From assembly GCF_009914755.1 (NCBI RefSeq), contig NC_060930.1: a stretch of DNA of 64,000 nt; one strand, 5' to 3'. The stretch is from the human T2T-CHM13v2.0 reference genome, Homo sapiens. The notes below the pieces were generated by a model, which worked only from the letters and a program-made list of their open reading frames with translations, searched no databases and was not told the DNA's origin. A program made the translations under genes and the position numbers. Shown piece after piece: positions 33,993 through 51,950 of the stretch (within the stretch, counting starts at the first letter, position 1; every line of letters starts with the position of its first letter).

Positions 33993-35924
33993 ATAAACTT
34001 CTGATTTAAGTGTAATTGAAGAAACAGAGTTTTAGAACTTATATTAAAAGATGCAGTATCAGAGTATTCAAGTTAATTAAAATTGCATGTGTTTGCCTTA
34101 ATTATATTAAATATAAAAATTCTATCTCAAAGATTACCGTTAGTTATGGGAAAAATGTTTTTCTCAGCGAGTCGTTTTTAGACATTTTGAAACTTCTGTC
34201 AGCTGGTAATTTTCATTTTCTTAGTCAAGGACAAAGTGGAACATCATGAAAATATAGGCAACTGGCAAGTCCCACAGTGGATTGATTATGGGTAAAGACA
34301 AAATAGAATATATGGTCAAGAAAACCTAAGATTTTATTCCAAAATGGTGTTGATGCAGAACTATTTACCTTGTTTAGTAAGTGACAGCTAATTACTGACC
34401 CACTCAAATGGTCACATAAAAGCAAACCAGCTGGAATTATTTGGATGGCAAGAAGATTTTCTGTCACTGGAAAGATTGGCCAACCAACTCTTATTAAAAT
34501 AATTAACTGCATAGTGAAAGAAGGTAAAGCTGTATTCTTCTTGAGGGACTCAGATATGAGAAGGAATTAAGGTTGCAATCCAAAACCATAACTAGTTTAT
34601 ATCAGAATTATACTTCCATTTCTACATATGAGCTGGTTTATTTTGACCATCAGAATCTTACTCTCTCAAGGAAAGATACCTTAAAAATAGAATAATACTG
34701 GTTCTTCAAAATACTAAACCAGTTCAGTTCTCTTTCAATTGGTTACTCTAGTAAATTAAAAGACAAAAAGGTTGTTGGCCTCTTTGCCAGGGCCAATCCT
34801 CACTTTATCTGTAGTTGAGGACCTAACAGAACTTACTCATATCATCTTAGGGACTAGCCACCCTTGGCTACAGGAATTCCAGTTTTGTTCCTACAGGAGG
34901 TGTTCTATTTCTAAACCCTACTGATGGCAGTATATTTAACTGTTGGCCAGGTTTGTGACACCATTTTGGAGATCCATCTTTAAGGCCTTTCAGTGCAACT
35001 GTATCTTTATACTGTCCCTAAGCTGAAGACCAGAGTATGAAACTACCTCTCTTCCTTCCTTGGGGATTGCCTTCCCCACAGCTGGATCTAATTATAATAA
35101 TTTGTTGTGTAACTTTATTTAGAGCAGAATATTTCTTTCACAGTAATTTCCGGTTTGGTCTCCAGCACTACTGTGGGATTTTCATTGGCCATTCATTACC
35201 TGGGAGAATGTTCCTTGTGACTCCCTGTAGTGATCCTGCACCTTTGGCAACAGCCTCTCCCTAATCTTACCCATTCCATGTTTCACGACTTGGTCCCCTT
35301 GGATCCCACCTTGCTCTTCACCCTCCCTGACCTACCCTGACAATCAGAAAATGGTAAACTTTGTGCTCTTGGACTTCCAGGCCAAATATCTCTAGAATTT
35401 AATTTACCAGGGAGTGGTCACTTGGGAATAAGCTGAATGGATAGGGAAATCAAATCAAACGTACTTCTCAACAGGTGGTAACTTTTCCATCACACATATA
35501 TCCTTATTGGCAGGTACCTAAGATGTACAAAGTGGGTATGTGATGGACATGGAGAAGATGGTGTCGTTTGGCTTGTTAAGCTTTCTGGGGTCTGTGTGAG
35601 CAATGGTAGCACCCAGTGGGTATAGCAAAAGGGGAATATGCCAGTGTATATAATTTTTTGCATTCTATTATCTTAAGATACAAAATCCTTGTCTTTTGTC
35701 AATTTTTTCTTTTCCTGCCCCACTCACTGCTTTTTTTATTAGTCTTGAAGTGCTTCTCAAAATTTGGAAAATATTCTTTCTTAATTTTTGAAATCTCTAA
35801 AAGAAAAGGCTGGGTGGAAATTACTGACTGGTTTGATGCCTATTTTAACTGTACTTTTAAAAAGCAAATCTAATGTTTATAGATACAGGCTGACTCTGAG
35901 TGCATTAGGAAATTTATGTAATCC

Positions 35925-36631
<707 letters not shown>

Positions 36632-39349
36632 TATTTTAAAGTAAACAAGGGGAAATTTCACAATTAAATGTTTAAGTTTGAAATGTGGGCAAGGTTCCGG
36701 TTGAATGTTATATAAAAATTATTTTACATAGCCATGTGTGTCATACTTAGAAAGTCTTTGTTTACATTTCTTGCTCTATCTGGAGAGAAACATTCATTTT
36801 AAAATTGGTTTAAGGGCTACACATGATTCTTGGGTCATATGTTTAATGACTGTTCCATATTTAGCTATTGTTTTTTTCCCATCAGACTCCCTTATATCTG
36901 TTACGATGTCCAGGGAACAGTTCCAAACCAAATAAGGTGAAAGGCTTGTATCATTGAGCACCTTTCTTCCTTGTTCCATTTCCTAAGTTATAGGGGTGTC
37001 AATGTAAATCGCAATGCCACTATGTCTTTCCCATTTCTTCACCCAGTTCTTGTAACATTCAGTTGTTGGAGTCCTTCCTCTGTTAGACAGGGGCATCTTT
37101 TCTAAGTAGTATGCAGGGAATACTCCTGGGTAGTTAGGCAGAGTAAGAGGCTGAGTTAGGTTAAGTAAGGTATCCTATTGAGAATGATGTTGGGGGTTAG
37201 AATGAGGGGGAGAAAAGTGAGAAGGAAGAATGTTGATGGGAAAAGAGTCTAGGAAATTGATTAGTTCATAAGAAAGTGAGAAAAGTAGAAAGTACCAGGT
37301 ACATGGGGCAGGAGGATCTGGGAAAATGCTTTAGGTCTTTCTTATTTAAAGTTACAAGGCTACAATTAGTGATGTCTGTGGATGCATTTAAAATGTTTTG
37401 AGAGTGTACAGTCTCTTGTACACTGTCTAGGGACAGTATTTAGCTCTCATTTGAATGGTATCTGAGGTACAGTTATGTCTGAAGTTCTATCTTTTGATAA
37501 CATAATCAGCTGAGGTGAGTGGTTCCATACTTTTGACCTCTAAGCTATAAAAGCACAACACATTCTACCATGATATAAATATGTTGCAATACATAGGCCA
37601 GTGTTATGTGGCAAGTTAAAGTTAGGATTTTTCTGTGAACTTATTTCTGAATGATTTTCTACCAAACAGCCCCATTCTCCTGCTTCAGTGTTGACGTTTT
37701 TTATACCAGTGAATTTTTTATACTGAGAATTTTTTATACTGAGAATTTTTTATACCAGTGGCTTACTGGCATTAATTACTTAGTGTTAGAAAGTATTGAT
37801 TAGAAGGAAAAAGCTATTGCATTGAAAGAAGGAAACATAATAGATTAAGTTGTAAGTGTATGTGGGAGATTGTTTTATTTTTGATGTATGGAAATAAATG
37901 GTTAAGTTGCTAAGTTCAGAACATGTACCAAAGAGCAAAACATTAGGAAAACAGATGATAGGAAGGAGGAGGAGGCTGTAGCTTGTTACATTCGAGTGAC
38001 CACAAGACTGTTCCAAGCCAAGAACACAGCTGGAGTTTGATGAAAGGGAGTTGAGTGCTCAGCTGAGACTGAGCATATAGGAATCTTTCTTGGATGCCTC
38101 ATTTTTTGAGCCCCTTCTTTGTTTCATTATACTGAGAAAAGCCACATGCAAGTATAACAAACAGTTATGTGGCCAAACAGCATATGGTCTCTCCTGCAGG
38201 AAATGAGAAGGAGGAGGACTTGAGAAGAAAGAATTGAGGTTGGCTAAGTAGACAAACAATGAGCTTACGTGGGAACAGACTGTGTTGTAAATAAAGGCAT
38301 TGCAGTGTTCTAGCGCTGTGCTTGTTGTATTGAGCCTGCAACTTTGAGAACTTCTTGGGTGCCAGTGACCTGTTGTTCTCTCTGTGGTTAACATGGCCTT
38401 AGTCAGTATAAATGAACCAAATGTTTGTGAACCAGAGCCATGTTTCTTCCTCTGGTCTGTTTGATGCCAGCACCTCCTGGAATGACACATTAGGACCAGG
38501 AGGCAACCAGCATTTTCTCTTGGTGGCTTTTGTGACGTGACTTGTGTTATTAGGAATCGTGTTGTCTTCCCTCTGTGACTGCTTTCCTAGCTACTTGATG
38601 CCACCAAGGAGCATCCAGCACTTCTTAAAAGTTTTAGGATAGGTAAAAGGAGGTGTCAGTAGTAGATTTAAAATGTGTAGCTCTAGCAGCTCTGTTTCTA
38701 CCTACTACTTGCTGAAAGGTGTAATATTGTAAATGTTAGTTAAAATACTAGGGTAGAGTTTCTGCTTTTTCTTTCTGTAAAGCCTGAACATTAAACCAGA
38801 CTGGAATGCTAAAAGTAAGTTTATAAATACAGGAGTTAGGGAGATGGCGTGCCTAAAAAAATCCCATGGTGAACTGAATAGACGCTTTAGCATAAAACAA
38901 AATTAAGAATTGAGAAATATTACATATGGAAATAAATAGCTGGTCCAGAAAACATAGACCATCTGTGCCAGTATTGTACCTGATTATTTGGAATATTAAC
39001 AGTATAAGAAGCATTCTTTTTGCAGGCTGGATTATTTGGATAATTTTTTCTATGTATAAGTAGCATCTATGAATTCTTTCTTATCTCCCTCTCTGAAATT
39101 AATTTACTGTGACCTGTACATATCACTTGATTTACTAATATTCATGCACTATATTAAGGGCATGTATTTTAGAATGCTAGGGATTCCCAAAGTAATTTTG
39201 ACATTGGTTTTGGAAATATGATAGTATATATGATTGTATCTTAATAATGATTAATATTCTTAGAATTTTAATATTTTAAAGTAAATAATGGAGGGCTTGA
39301 AATTATTATTCTGCTCTTCTTTTCAATATATTATTTTCTCTACTTATTC

Positions 39350-39530
39350 TGAATCTGTATCCAAGCTCTATCTCTTACTAGCTGTGTCTTTTGGTAAGTG
39401 ACCTCATTTCTCTGTGATTTAGTTTTCTTATCTGTGGATAATAGTGTTATTGTGGTTATTAAATGAGTTCAGAAAAGTTCTTAGAACAGTGCCTGTGCAT
39501 AGTAAATGCTTTATATTTTCCATTACTGTA
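39350..39530 (+). mobile_element. MIR SINE
   Basis: cttactagctgtgt ... agttcttagaacagtgcctg..catagtaaatgct. Confidence 0.65.
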
Positions 39531-42500
39531 ATACAGATGATAGATGGCATCATTTTTTTTTCAGATTGGGCCACAATAATTGGGCCATATAAAGTACTGT
39601 TGACTTTTCTATTTTTCATCACTCCTTATATTTCCGCTGGAAACTAACTGACAGGCAGTTGGTGGGGTGTCAGGGCCTCAGCAAGACAGCAAACAGGCAC
39701 ATTCGACCAGGGGACCAAAGCAGAGCCCAGCCACATAGACTGGCCCAGAGCGGCCAGAGGAGAAGATGGGAAGGCCGCAAGGCCGTTCTCACCCTGGGTG
39801 CTGGACATGATCTGAAATCACCATGCTATTCTGGAGCTCATTGGTTGGTGCAGTGAAGCTCCTCATCTCTTTCCCTCCCTGTCAAGAACAGGCTGGGGTG
39901 GAACTGAGCCTCCTCCTGACTCAGAGGAGCTGAGGGAAGGCTGCAGCTGAGGGAAGGCTGCAGCTGGCGAGGAGGTAACCAAGTGTTCTGTATCAGGAGG
40001 ATGGTGAAAATGAAATAGTGCAAATAACAGCAAAAAATGGAGTTATGCAAAGAGGTGAAGGAGTCATGAAGAACTTTAAGATTTGCCAGGGATAAGCCCC
40101 ATGCCAATATATAATGTTTTCATAACTTTGAATTGCCAATATGTACATTTTCATTGGGGCAGTGATCACTAAAAGTGATTTCAGTTTCTTAACCAATATA
40201 ACATTAAACAAATGTAACTTTTTGCCACTTAACAAAAATAAGTGTAAGAGATTACTGTTCTTCTTTAACCAGCCTATGCCCAAAATGGAAAGCGAGTTTG
40301 GCTCTTAAATCACATTCTTAATTTTGTTGTCAAGTCATTATCACAGGAAATGTGTATTTCTTTTATAGCTACTTATATGACAGCAATAAACTATTGGAAA
40401 ACATAGCAGAAATCAAATCCAGGAATGCCAAGCTTACTATCAGTAGGACAGATAATTTCTTTGTCTTATATGAAGCCTGTTTATATTTTCATCATGGACA
40501 TTGTGATTGCTATAACAAGTAACAATAAGAAGTTATCTTCTATTACAAAAATGTTTCGACCTTCTTAATATTGATTTCCATTCTGACCACAAAAGGTTTG
40601 TCATAGAAATTAAAGATGAATAAGTGTATCTTATTTTTTAGAATCTTAAATGATTTTCACTTTGAGATTAGCAAATGTGAATTTCCATGTTTTGTGACCG
40701 TCTGTCTACTTCCTGTATTAAAAATAGAGTCAGAGGCATAGTAATGTAAGTCTGAGCCCTCTTTGGTACATATTAAATTATGCACATCATTTAGCTAAAT
40801 GTAAATGATATGGTGAGTGCCTCCTGAGTAAATAATTTCCATTACTTATCAGATTGAGCCATCAGATGATTCTAAAAATACTCGTCATGCATTCAATGGC
40901 ATTTTCTCTGGAGTGGACTGTTTGAGTGCCAAGTTACAACCAAGAATGAAATTCCTGTTTCCCGGTACATTGTATCAAAGGTTATCAAGTGTATTTGAAC
41001 ATCGCTGATAATTTTTCCTAAACTGTGACTGAAACTAGGCTAAAGATAAGTTAAAACTTCAGTCATTTCTAATGATTAATTAAGATAGTCTTGAAAACTT
41101 TTTTCTGTTTGACGTTTCTTACCACTATTTTATTGTTTCAAAGTCTGATATTCCATACTTAACCTCCTATTTTCTCTTCTAATGTTACGTTGCATAATTG
41201 AAATGTCACTTATACTGGATACAATTATAAATATGAAGCTCTTAAAAATATGCCTCCTCCTTGTTAGGTTTAAGGCAAAAATAACCTTCTAAGGACTAGA
41301 CCATCAACAATCATATTCAAAACTCCAGGGTTGCAACACCCATAGCATGATTTGTTAAAGATACCTCACATATTTTTCTTCTACATGTGAAATAATCCTA
41401 ACTCTTAGCCTTTATAGATCAAATTTAACAATTTTCATGATATCTTTTGAACTCTCCTAACATTGTATACCTCCATTGATAGTTAAGTAATAGTGCCTTG
41501 GGTCTGGCCTATGATGAAGGGTCTGGCCTATGATGAAGGGAAGCAGAGAATAATTTTGGGGGTCCACAACCTGAAAATAATGCCACCACGCAGCCTTTTT
41601 AGCTTTAAAATATAATCTGGGAGGATGATGCTTCTGAAACTATTTTGCCATCCCAGTGGATTCATTCAGAAAATAGGTCCCTTCTTAGGCTTACCCTAAA
41701 TGATCCACTTTTGAGGTCCCATTTATTTCCTCAGAATCATAGTCTTCCTTTTTTTTTAGTATGAAAGAAAACGCCACCTGCTGCAGCTGGATGGTGAGAT
41801 CAATTCAGATAAATTTTATCAGAAAAGAAATATATTGCCAAACAAAAAATTTCTCCAGAGAATGACGATCATGTTGAAATTGTGATATATATCAGACAAT
41901 GCAGAGGCTTAGCTATTTCTAGGTTGTTTATTACTGAAGATTTTTCTGATCAGGACATATAATTTCGGTGCCTTCAAAAGGCGTCATGCCTTTTTGAACC
42001 ATAGCTCTCTCTATAAATTATGAGTTAAGGAATTAATTCTGTTTCACTTGCTAGTAAAAATTAACTCCTAAAGACTCATGTTGGAAATCATCTGTGAAAA
42101 ATTCTTGCAAAACAGTTAGCGTTTACCTTTTGCTGAAATTAAATTAATAAGCCTAGAAGATTAGAGTCAATCTCATGTTTTATTTCTTTAAAAAATGACA
42201 TTTTACAAAACGGAAGTGAAGATTATAGCAATAGTGGCTAGTCGGTGCTGCACTGGTTTCTTGAAAATTGAAGGTTCTTATTTGTCTGCTGTGTTATTGC
42301 CAGTCTTCTCTCCAGTCTGAAGGAATGACTTTCTCCAACCTGCACACCCCTACACACACACACAAGCATTTAGAAGACAAGAATCGTTGCTCATTTTCCA
42401 TTTACTTTGAATGTTTTTATTCTTGAAATGTTATCTCGAATGAAGTTATTACATAAAGTTCACTAATGATAATGACTGTGTGTATGTGTGTGTTTCTATA

Positions 42501-43427
42501 TAATTTATTATATTTCATTGTTTTAAGCACTTTTATAAATGGACTTACTTAGTCCACAGAACCCTTTGAGGTAAGGGGGAGAGATTAGGAGTCCAGTTTT
42601 AGACATTGAACAAAAACATGCATCAATAGAAACATGTTTAATATGATATTAAAAATTAAGATCAACCTAAATGTCCAACAGTAAATAATTGGATGAATAA
42701 ATTATGAGACTTTCATGCAATGAAGTACTATGGAGAAAAATATTTGGCACATCTGTATATTATTTTGGCACATCTGTATATTATTATATTATGACACAGC
42801 ATATTTGCTGAAAATATAAAGCTGGTTATCAAATAGTACTCAGGGAACAACCACATTCTATAGAAGAGAAAAAATATACTTTGTGTTGGCAAGGAAAAAC
42901 TAAACACATAAAATTATAGCAGTGGCAGTTTGTAGTGATTTAATATTTTTGCTTTTATAAATTTTTTCCCATTAACTAGTTTTCTAAATAAGTTTTTGTC
43001 ATTGAAAAGAGAAAATATATATTCTAGTTACTTTAATCTTATGGACTGTATTTTGGGACTCTGAGGCTGAGTTGCAGGGCCATTGTATAGTATAGCAGAG
43101 GCAGATATATTCTTTCCCATGTTTTGGGGAACTACAGAGGTACCAAGGGCATCCCACTGTAATTTTTCAACAACCAGCTGTTTCTGCTAAGAAAATACAC
43201 TGAAAGTAAGGAGGAGCAGATAGAGAAGAATTTGGAAGATCCACTGACTTCCCTGCTCCAATTCAAGTAATCTTGTCTTTCAGATGATTCTTACATAAGA
43301 AATTTAAAAATTACCTCCATCTTATTAGGGCATTTTTTCCACTATAAAATGTTAAGATCCAACTTACTTTTTAAAGATTTATAGTATTTTATTTTTTCTA
43401 CCTTACTTTAAAAAAATGTATCTATTT

Positions 43428-43780
<353 letters not shown>

Positions 43781-44074
43781 TTAGTCTTTCCTTGGTATCT
43801 CAACATTTTAACTCAGTATACTTTATTATTTCTGGAGCTTAAAATGTATGAAGTTCTGAAAACTGCCAAATTTAAACCTAACACTCTTTATTGATGGTTT
43901 TTTAATACAACTCCTTCTAGGTAGGGAGACTTGAAAAACAACTTCACAACAATTTTATTGTTGTATATCCATTTCAAGTGCCAGTAGGCAGTGGTGTAAC
44001 AATGTAGTAATGTAATAATCAGGTTCAAAGAAAGTGATGTAGTTATGAACTGGCTGCATGGGTGAAATGATTGA

Positions 44075-44287
<213 letters not shown>

Positions 44288-45019
44288 TAATTTTTTTGGC
44301 ATCACTTTTATCTTGGCAAATATTTAAACTTAGTTGTATACGTTTTTCTCAATGATATACTTTCCTAAATATTATGTTTTGACAATGATACATTGAAAAT
44401 TTTCTAGAGCATTTTTCATATTTATATTGATCAGTTAAGACTTTACTACCTGTAGTTTTTATACTTCTGGCTTTAAATATAATTATAATGAAGTCTGGAA
44501 ATATTGATTTAGAAATCATTTCAATTTAATTTTATTTCATGAACATGAAGAAAACATTTTCTCCAGGGAAGGCCTCCATGACCTTCCACAACTGGCATTT
44601 TGTATTTGCTGCTTGTAATTACGAATAAAATGATTCCAGCCAGAAAGTTTCACCTTGAGAAGAGAAAATATAGGTGGCCTGCAAAAATTGAAAACTTCAC
44701 TTTCTTCCCTAAAAAAGATGTTTTGAGGGGAGGCATAAGGTTCATACATAAATGCATCTGTCAGATGGCAGGAGATGAGACAGACTCATATAAAACTGTG
44801 TTTCCAGGTGGAAAGTGTGTACACTTAGGGAGATCTTTCATCCAGAATAGAGCTATACTCCACTTTTTGCAATGTGAACGTATTTCAAAGCAGCCAGCTC
44901 TGTTGTGATTCAGATTTATTATTTCAAACCAGACACTATTCTTTTAAAACTGTGAACTTCAAGACAACCTGATTTATATGCTTTTAAAGTAACATGAAAA
45001 TACTCAAAGAAGACAAATA

Positions 45020-47688
<2,669 letters not shown>

Positions 47689-49169
47689 TATATGTAGCTA
47701 AATATTGCAAGGTCTTTAACCAAGGTAATTTATCTCCAAATCAGCTGGAAGAACACCTATGGATGTATACATCCTGAAAGAATCTTAATACTGACGTTTA
47801 TTAAAGCATTTAAAAATGTTCAAGAGACACAATTTTACTTCCAAATTTTCATTAGACATCTTCAGAGGTCCTCATTTTACCTTTCAAAGACTTCAGCTAT
47901 TTTAAACAGAAGATATTCAGTATGTCGTTTGAATTTTATATTCTGAAACATCTCAAGTCTATTTTAAGGAGAATTTTCATCTTTTCAGAATCTCTGTAAG
48001 AGAGCTGTCTTCCATCCAAGTTTTGATGAGGACCAAACATTTCTGTTTAGGTTCATTGTAAATGGAAAACTTAGATACTTCTTGTGTAGGACAGATTTTG
48101 GCCAGCTTCCCCTATCTTCTCTGCCAACCTTATAAGGTCTCTTACAAGGCCAACCTTATAAGAATTGCAGTGCCTCATTACCTTTCTCATTCCTGTTAAA
48201 AAAATTAGGAATATGTTGATATTGCTGAAAATATTACAGGACTGGCATTATGAAGCTTATATCATAGATTACCTAAATTGACACTGGACAGTTCTATTCA
48301 GCCTACCACCCCCCATCACTGTGTTCAAGCCACTGAGATTTCGCTTTCATTGCTCTTTTTCAGTTTATAGTCTTTAAATTTCCCCTTATGTGAGGTAGTT
48401 TCTCCAGATCTTTCCATCAAGCTTCTTTATTGCTGTTACACTTTCTAATTCAAAACAATTTTGCCTTTTTCAAACGCTGCCAATCTTGTATCCCCAAGCC
48501 AATCATTTCACATTGTTTTAAAAAATGATTTTTGCTTATTACAAATGCTTTCGTGGGTCACATTTGGCGATGACAATATAAACTTTAAAATCATATGTGC
48601 ATCTAAAGTGATAATTTATTGTTATAATTAACCAAGTTTAATGTACACTAGAGTTCATTTGCTTATAGATATTATTGATTTTATCAATCTTACCTATATT
48701 TTATAACAATATTAGATTTGGGATACTTTGTTTTATTTCTTAATCAGATTTAATTGGCCTACCTTGGTTTGGCTTCTCTTTGATTTGATCCTAACTCAAA
48801 TTTAATGTCAATTTCTTGAGGCTTGAGCCAACATTTTATGGTATACATTAATACCGTGGGACAGATTTCTGATCTTAAGATATTATTCAGAGTTCTAGGA
48901 TAGAAATTGGGCCTCAGGGACACTGAGAACTTCCTGATATTGTTCATAAAACTTTGTATGTAGGTACATGTGTGAATTTTTCTGGGGAGATAATTTAGCC
49001 CTCATTAGATTTGCATATTTCCTATCTTTGTTAATGGTACATTCTTGGAGAGTGCTAGATTACAAGTCACTGATTATCTCTTCAGCCATCTCTGTTATAC
49101 CATTTAAGACATCTTAAAAAAAAAATCAGTTAGTATATATGCTACGTTTGTAAAGTTTCCAGTTGATTC

Positions 49170-49171
<2 letters not shown>

Positions 49172-49200
<29 letters not shown>

Positions 49201-49496
49201 GAGACAGAGTCTTGCTCTTTCACCCAGGCTGGAATGCAATGGCTTAATTTTGGCTTACCACAACCTCTACAACCTCCACCTCCTGGGTTTAGGTGATTCT
49301 CCTGCCTCAGCCTCCCGAGTAGCTGGGACTACAAGTGTGCGCCACCATGCCCGGCTAATTTTTTTTTTAATATTTTTAGTAGAGACAGGGTTTTGCCATG
49401 TTGGCCAGGCTGGTATCGAACTCCTGACCTCAGGTGATCCACCACCTGTGCCTCCCAAAGTGCAGGGATTACAGGCGTGAATTACTGCACCTGGCC
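49172..49496 (-). mobile_element. Alu (AluS-like) with ~29-nt poly(T)
   Basis: TSD tccagttgatt(c/t)ac. Confidence 0.94.
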
Positions 49497-51645
49497 TCCA
49501 GTTGATTTACTTTCATATTTTCCTGTTCTATTCTTTGCTTCATGGATATTAATTCTTCTGTCATGTCTTTGAGGATTTCAATACAGTCATTTTTTAAAGT
49601 TCTTTTCATATTTAAAAAAATTCTGTGATTCCTTGGGAATGAATTCTTGTAGTTGGTCTTCTGTGGCCCTCAATTTCCTCTAGTGCTTTTTAAGTTTTTT
49701 TTGGAGCTCATCTTATTGTGCATGTTTTCCCCTCAGAAGCCCATGTGGGTTTTGTGGTTGTCACAGCCCTGGTCCCACAGGGTACATTGCTTTGAACTGA
49801 GTTAGGAACTGGCAACCACAAATCATCCTCATCCGTAAGGAGTTGGGATTTCTTCTTCTGGATTCTGTTACCAATTTGTGAGTTGAGAGTAAAGATATTA
49901 GCCTTTTGTTTGCCATATTGGCTTCAAATATTTTCCAGGTATTATGTTGCTTTTAATTTTGGACAAGGAACTTTATATATTAAGTGTTAAGTTTTATCAA
50001 ATTATAGGTGAAAATTTCTCTTATGATTTATTTCATGACCATTATGATTAGCATTATCTTCAAACCAAAGATTTGATATATATTCGTTCATATTTTCTTC
50101 TAGTTTTTTTTGTTTTTGTTTTTCCATGTAGGCTTTTAATTTACCTGATATGATCATTAATATAGGTTCTCATACACACAGGAGAAACTCATAAATCCAG
50201 TTCTATTTTATGCATTTTAAATTTTATCCATTAATTGGTTCATTTTTAGTGCACATGAAGTAGGGATTTAGTTTTAGAAATTATTTTCTAGGATTTCTTT
50301 TACACCCCATCACATCTTTTACTGTGTGACTCAGAAATCACTGATTAGCAGCCTTACATGTACTTGATTGAACAGGGGTTTTTGTTTGTTTTTGTATAAT
50401 TCAAATTACTTGCCAATACTAGTGTGATTTTATATTAAATCTGGATTTCCACCTTCTTCTGAACAATCAGATGAGGTGCCCACATTACCACATTGGTCTC
50501 ACGTTCTTGCATGGCACTACAGTTTCCTGGATGGAGTAATAGGCATTGTGACCTTGAGCGTAGCTATCTTTTATCATCCCACTTACCCTGTTGTTCTTGT
50601 ACAAATCTGTTTACCTTTACACTGCCTACTTGGCTCCTGAGAGCATCTGAGTTTGTACCTCCTGCCAGCTGTTGCCTGCTTTACATTTCTATGGTGAACA
50701 TTTTCCTCTTAATCTTCTGCCATTGTATACCTTTATGTGGAGCATTAGGAGACTTTGGTCGGATATGGTGGCAACATTCCTATTTTCAGATATAAGAAAA
50801 GGTACATTTTGGTTGTTTCATGCTCAAAGCTTTGGGTGACATTATGCCTGCTTGTCATTGGGCTATAACTGTGCAAACCGCACTGCACTAATCAGCTAAA
50901 ATTCAAATAATTAATAAAAAGGTGAAAACCCTACTTCTTTTTGGTGAAAACCAGGAATGAAATATGATTCAGATATTTTAGGATTATGAAAGCTGTTCTC
51001 TGTGAGCTACTTACTCGAGTTGGGTGAATTAATTTTTCTCAGGCAGCTGTGTTCCATTTGTATTTCCCTTGGGAATGTAAATGACTAAATGACACCTTTT
51101 GTAAGATTGATGAGCAATTTAGTGCTTGCAAAGACTAGTTTACTTTCAGCTGTCAGACATATCTTACAGGAGGCAGTGGGGAATTTGGAAAGGTCTAGAC
51201 GTTTTTTGTTTGTTTGTTTGTTTGCAGTCCAGTATATTTATAACTTCTGCAAGCAGAGGTAGAAACAGAATTATTTTCTGGGAACACTTGTTTCTTTGCT
51301 TAATAATTATTATTCAACATTAATGAATGTTACTGAACATGTACGATGTGCCTACTTCTCTCTCGGGTATCATGTGATACAGAGAAGTATAAGACACAGT
51401 CCTTAAGAGTGATACAGAAGCACCGGACAGCAAAGGCTACATCTGAGAAATGGCAGAGGAATAGATGAATAGGGCTTGTCTGTAACAGTAATGGGATTTG
51501 ATAGGACACAGTGGAAGCTTATAATTTTACCATTTAATAGGAGAGTAGGGGGATAGGGGAGTAAAAGAATTCAGCTGAATGGGATGAGATTGAGGAGCAG
51601 AGCGATAGTCAATAGAGAAAGGAGACTTTCTGGAGCAATTGTCTT

Positions 51646-51691
51646 CATTGCTTTAATGGCAAAGACCACAATTACTTTTGCACCAACCTGA
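51646..51691. mobile_element. Half MADE1 (Hsmar1-derived MITE): one terminal inverted repeat
   Basis: ttaatggcaaagaccacaattacttttgcaccaacct matches the right arm of MADE1. Confidence 0.85.
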
Positions 51692-51920
51692 TACAATGAA
51701 AGAGAAGCAATGGATTGGGAAGCAGGGTGGAGGCATTAATAGTGATAGATGACACTTTGATTGAACCCACAGTGGAGTTAGCTGAGGAAGCTGCAGAGTG
51801 GGAGGTTGCTAGGTTTGCGGGTATGAGGAGTTGGTGAGGGGATGGACATAGTTACATACACTGAGGCAGTGAATGTGTAATACTGAGTAGATAAATGTGA
51901 GATAAAAAGAGAATGATGTT

Positions 51921-51950
51921 GTGCTTGCTTCAGCGGTACATACACTAAAA
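51921..51950 (+). pseudogene. 3'-truncated (tailless) U6 snRNA retropseudogene
   Basis: gtgcttgcttcagcggtacatacactaaaa versus U6 GTGCTCGCTTCGGCAGCACATATACTAAAA; flanked by an imperfect 17-bp direct repeat ending atgatgtt. Confidence 0.75.
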
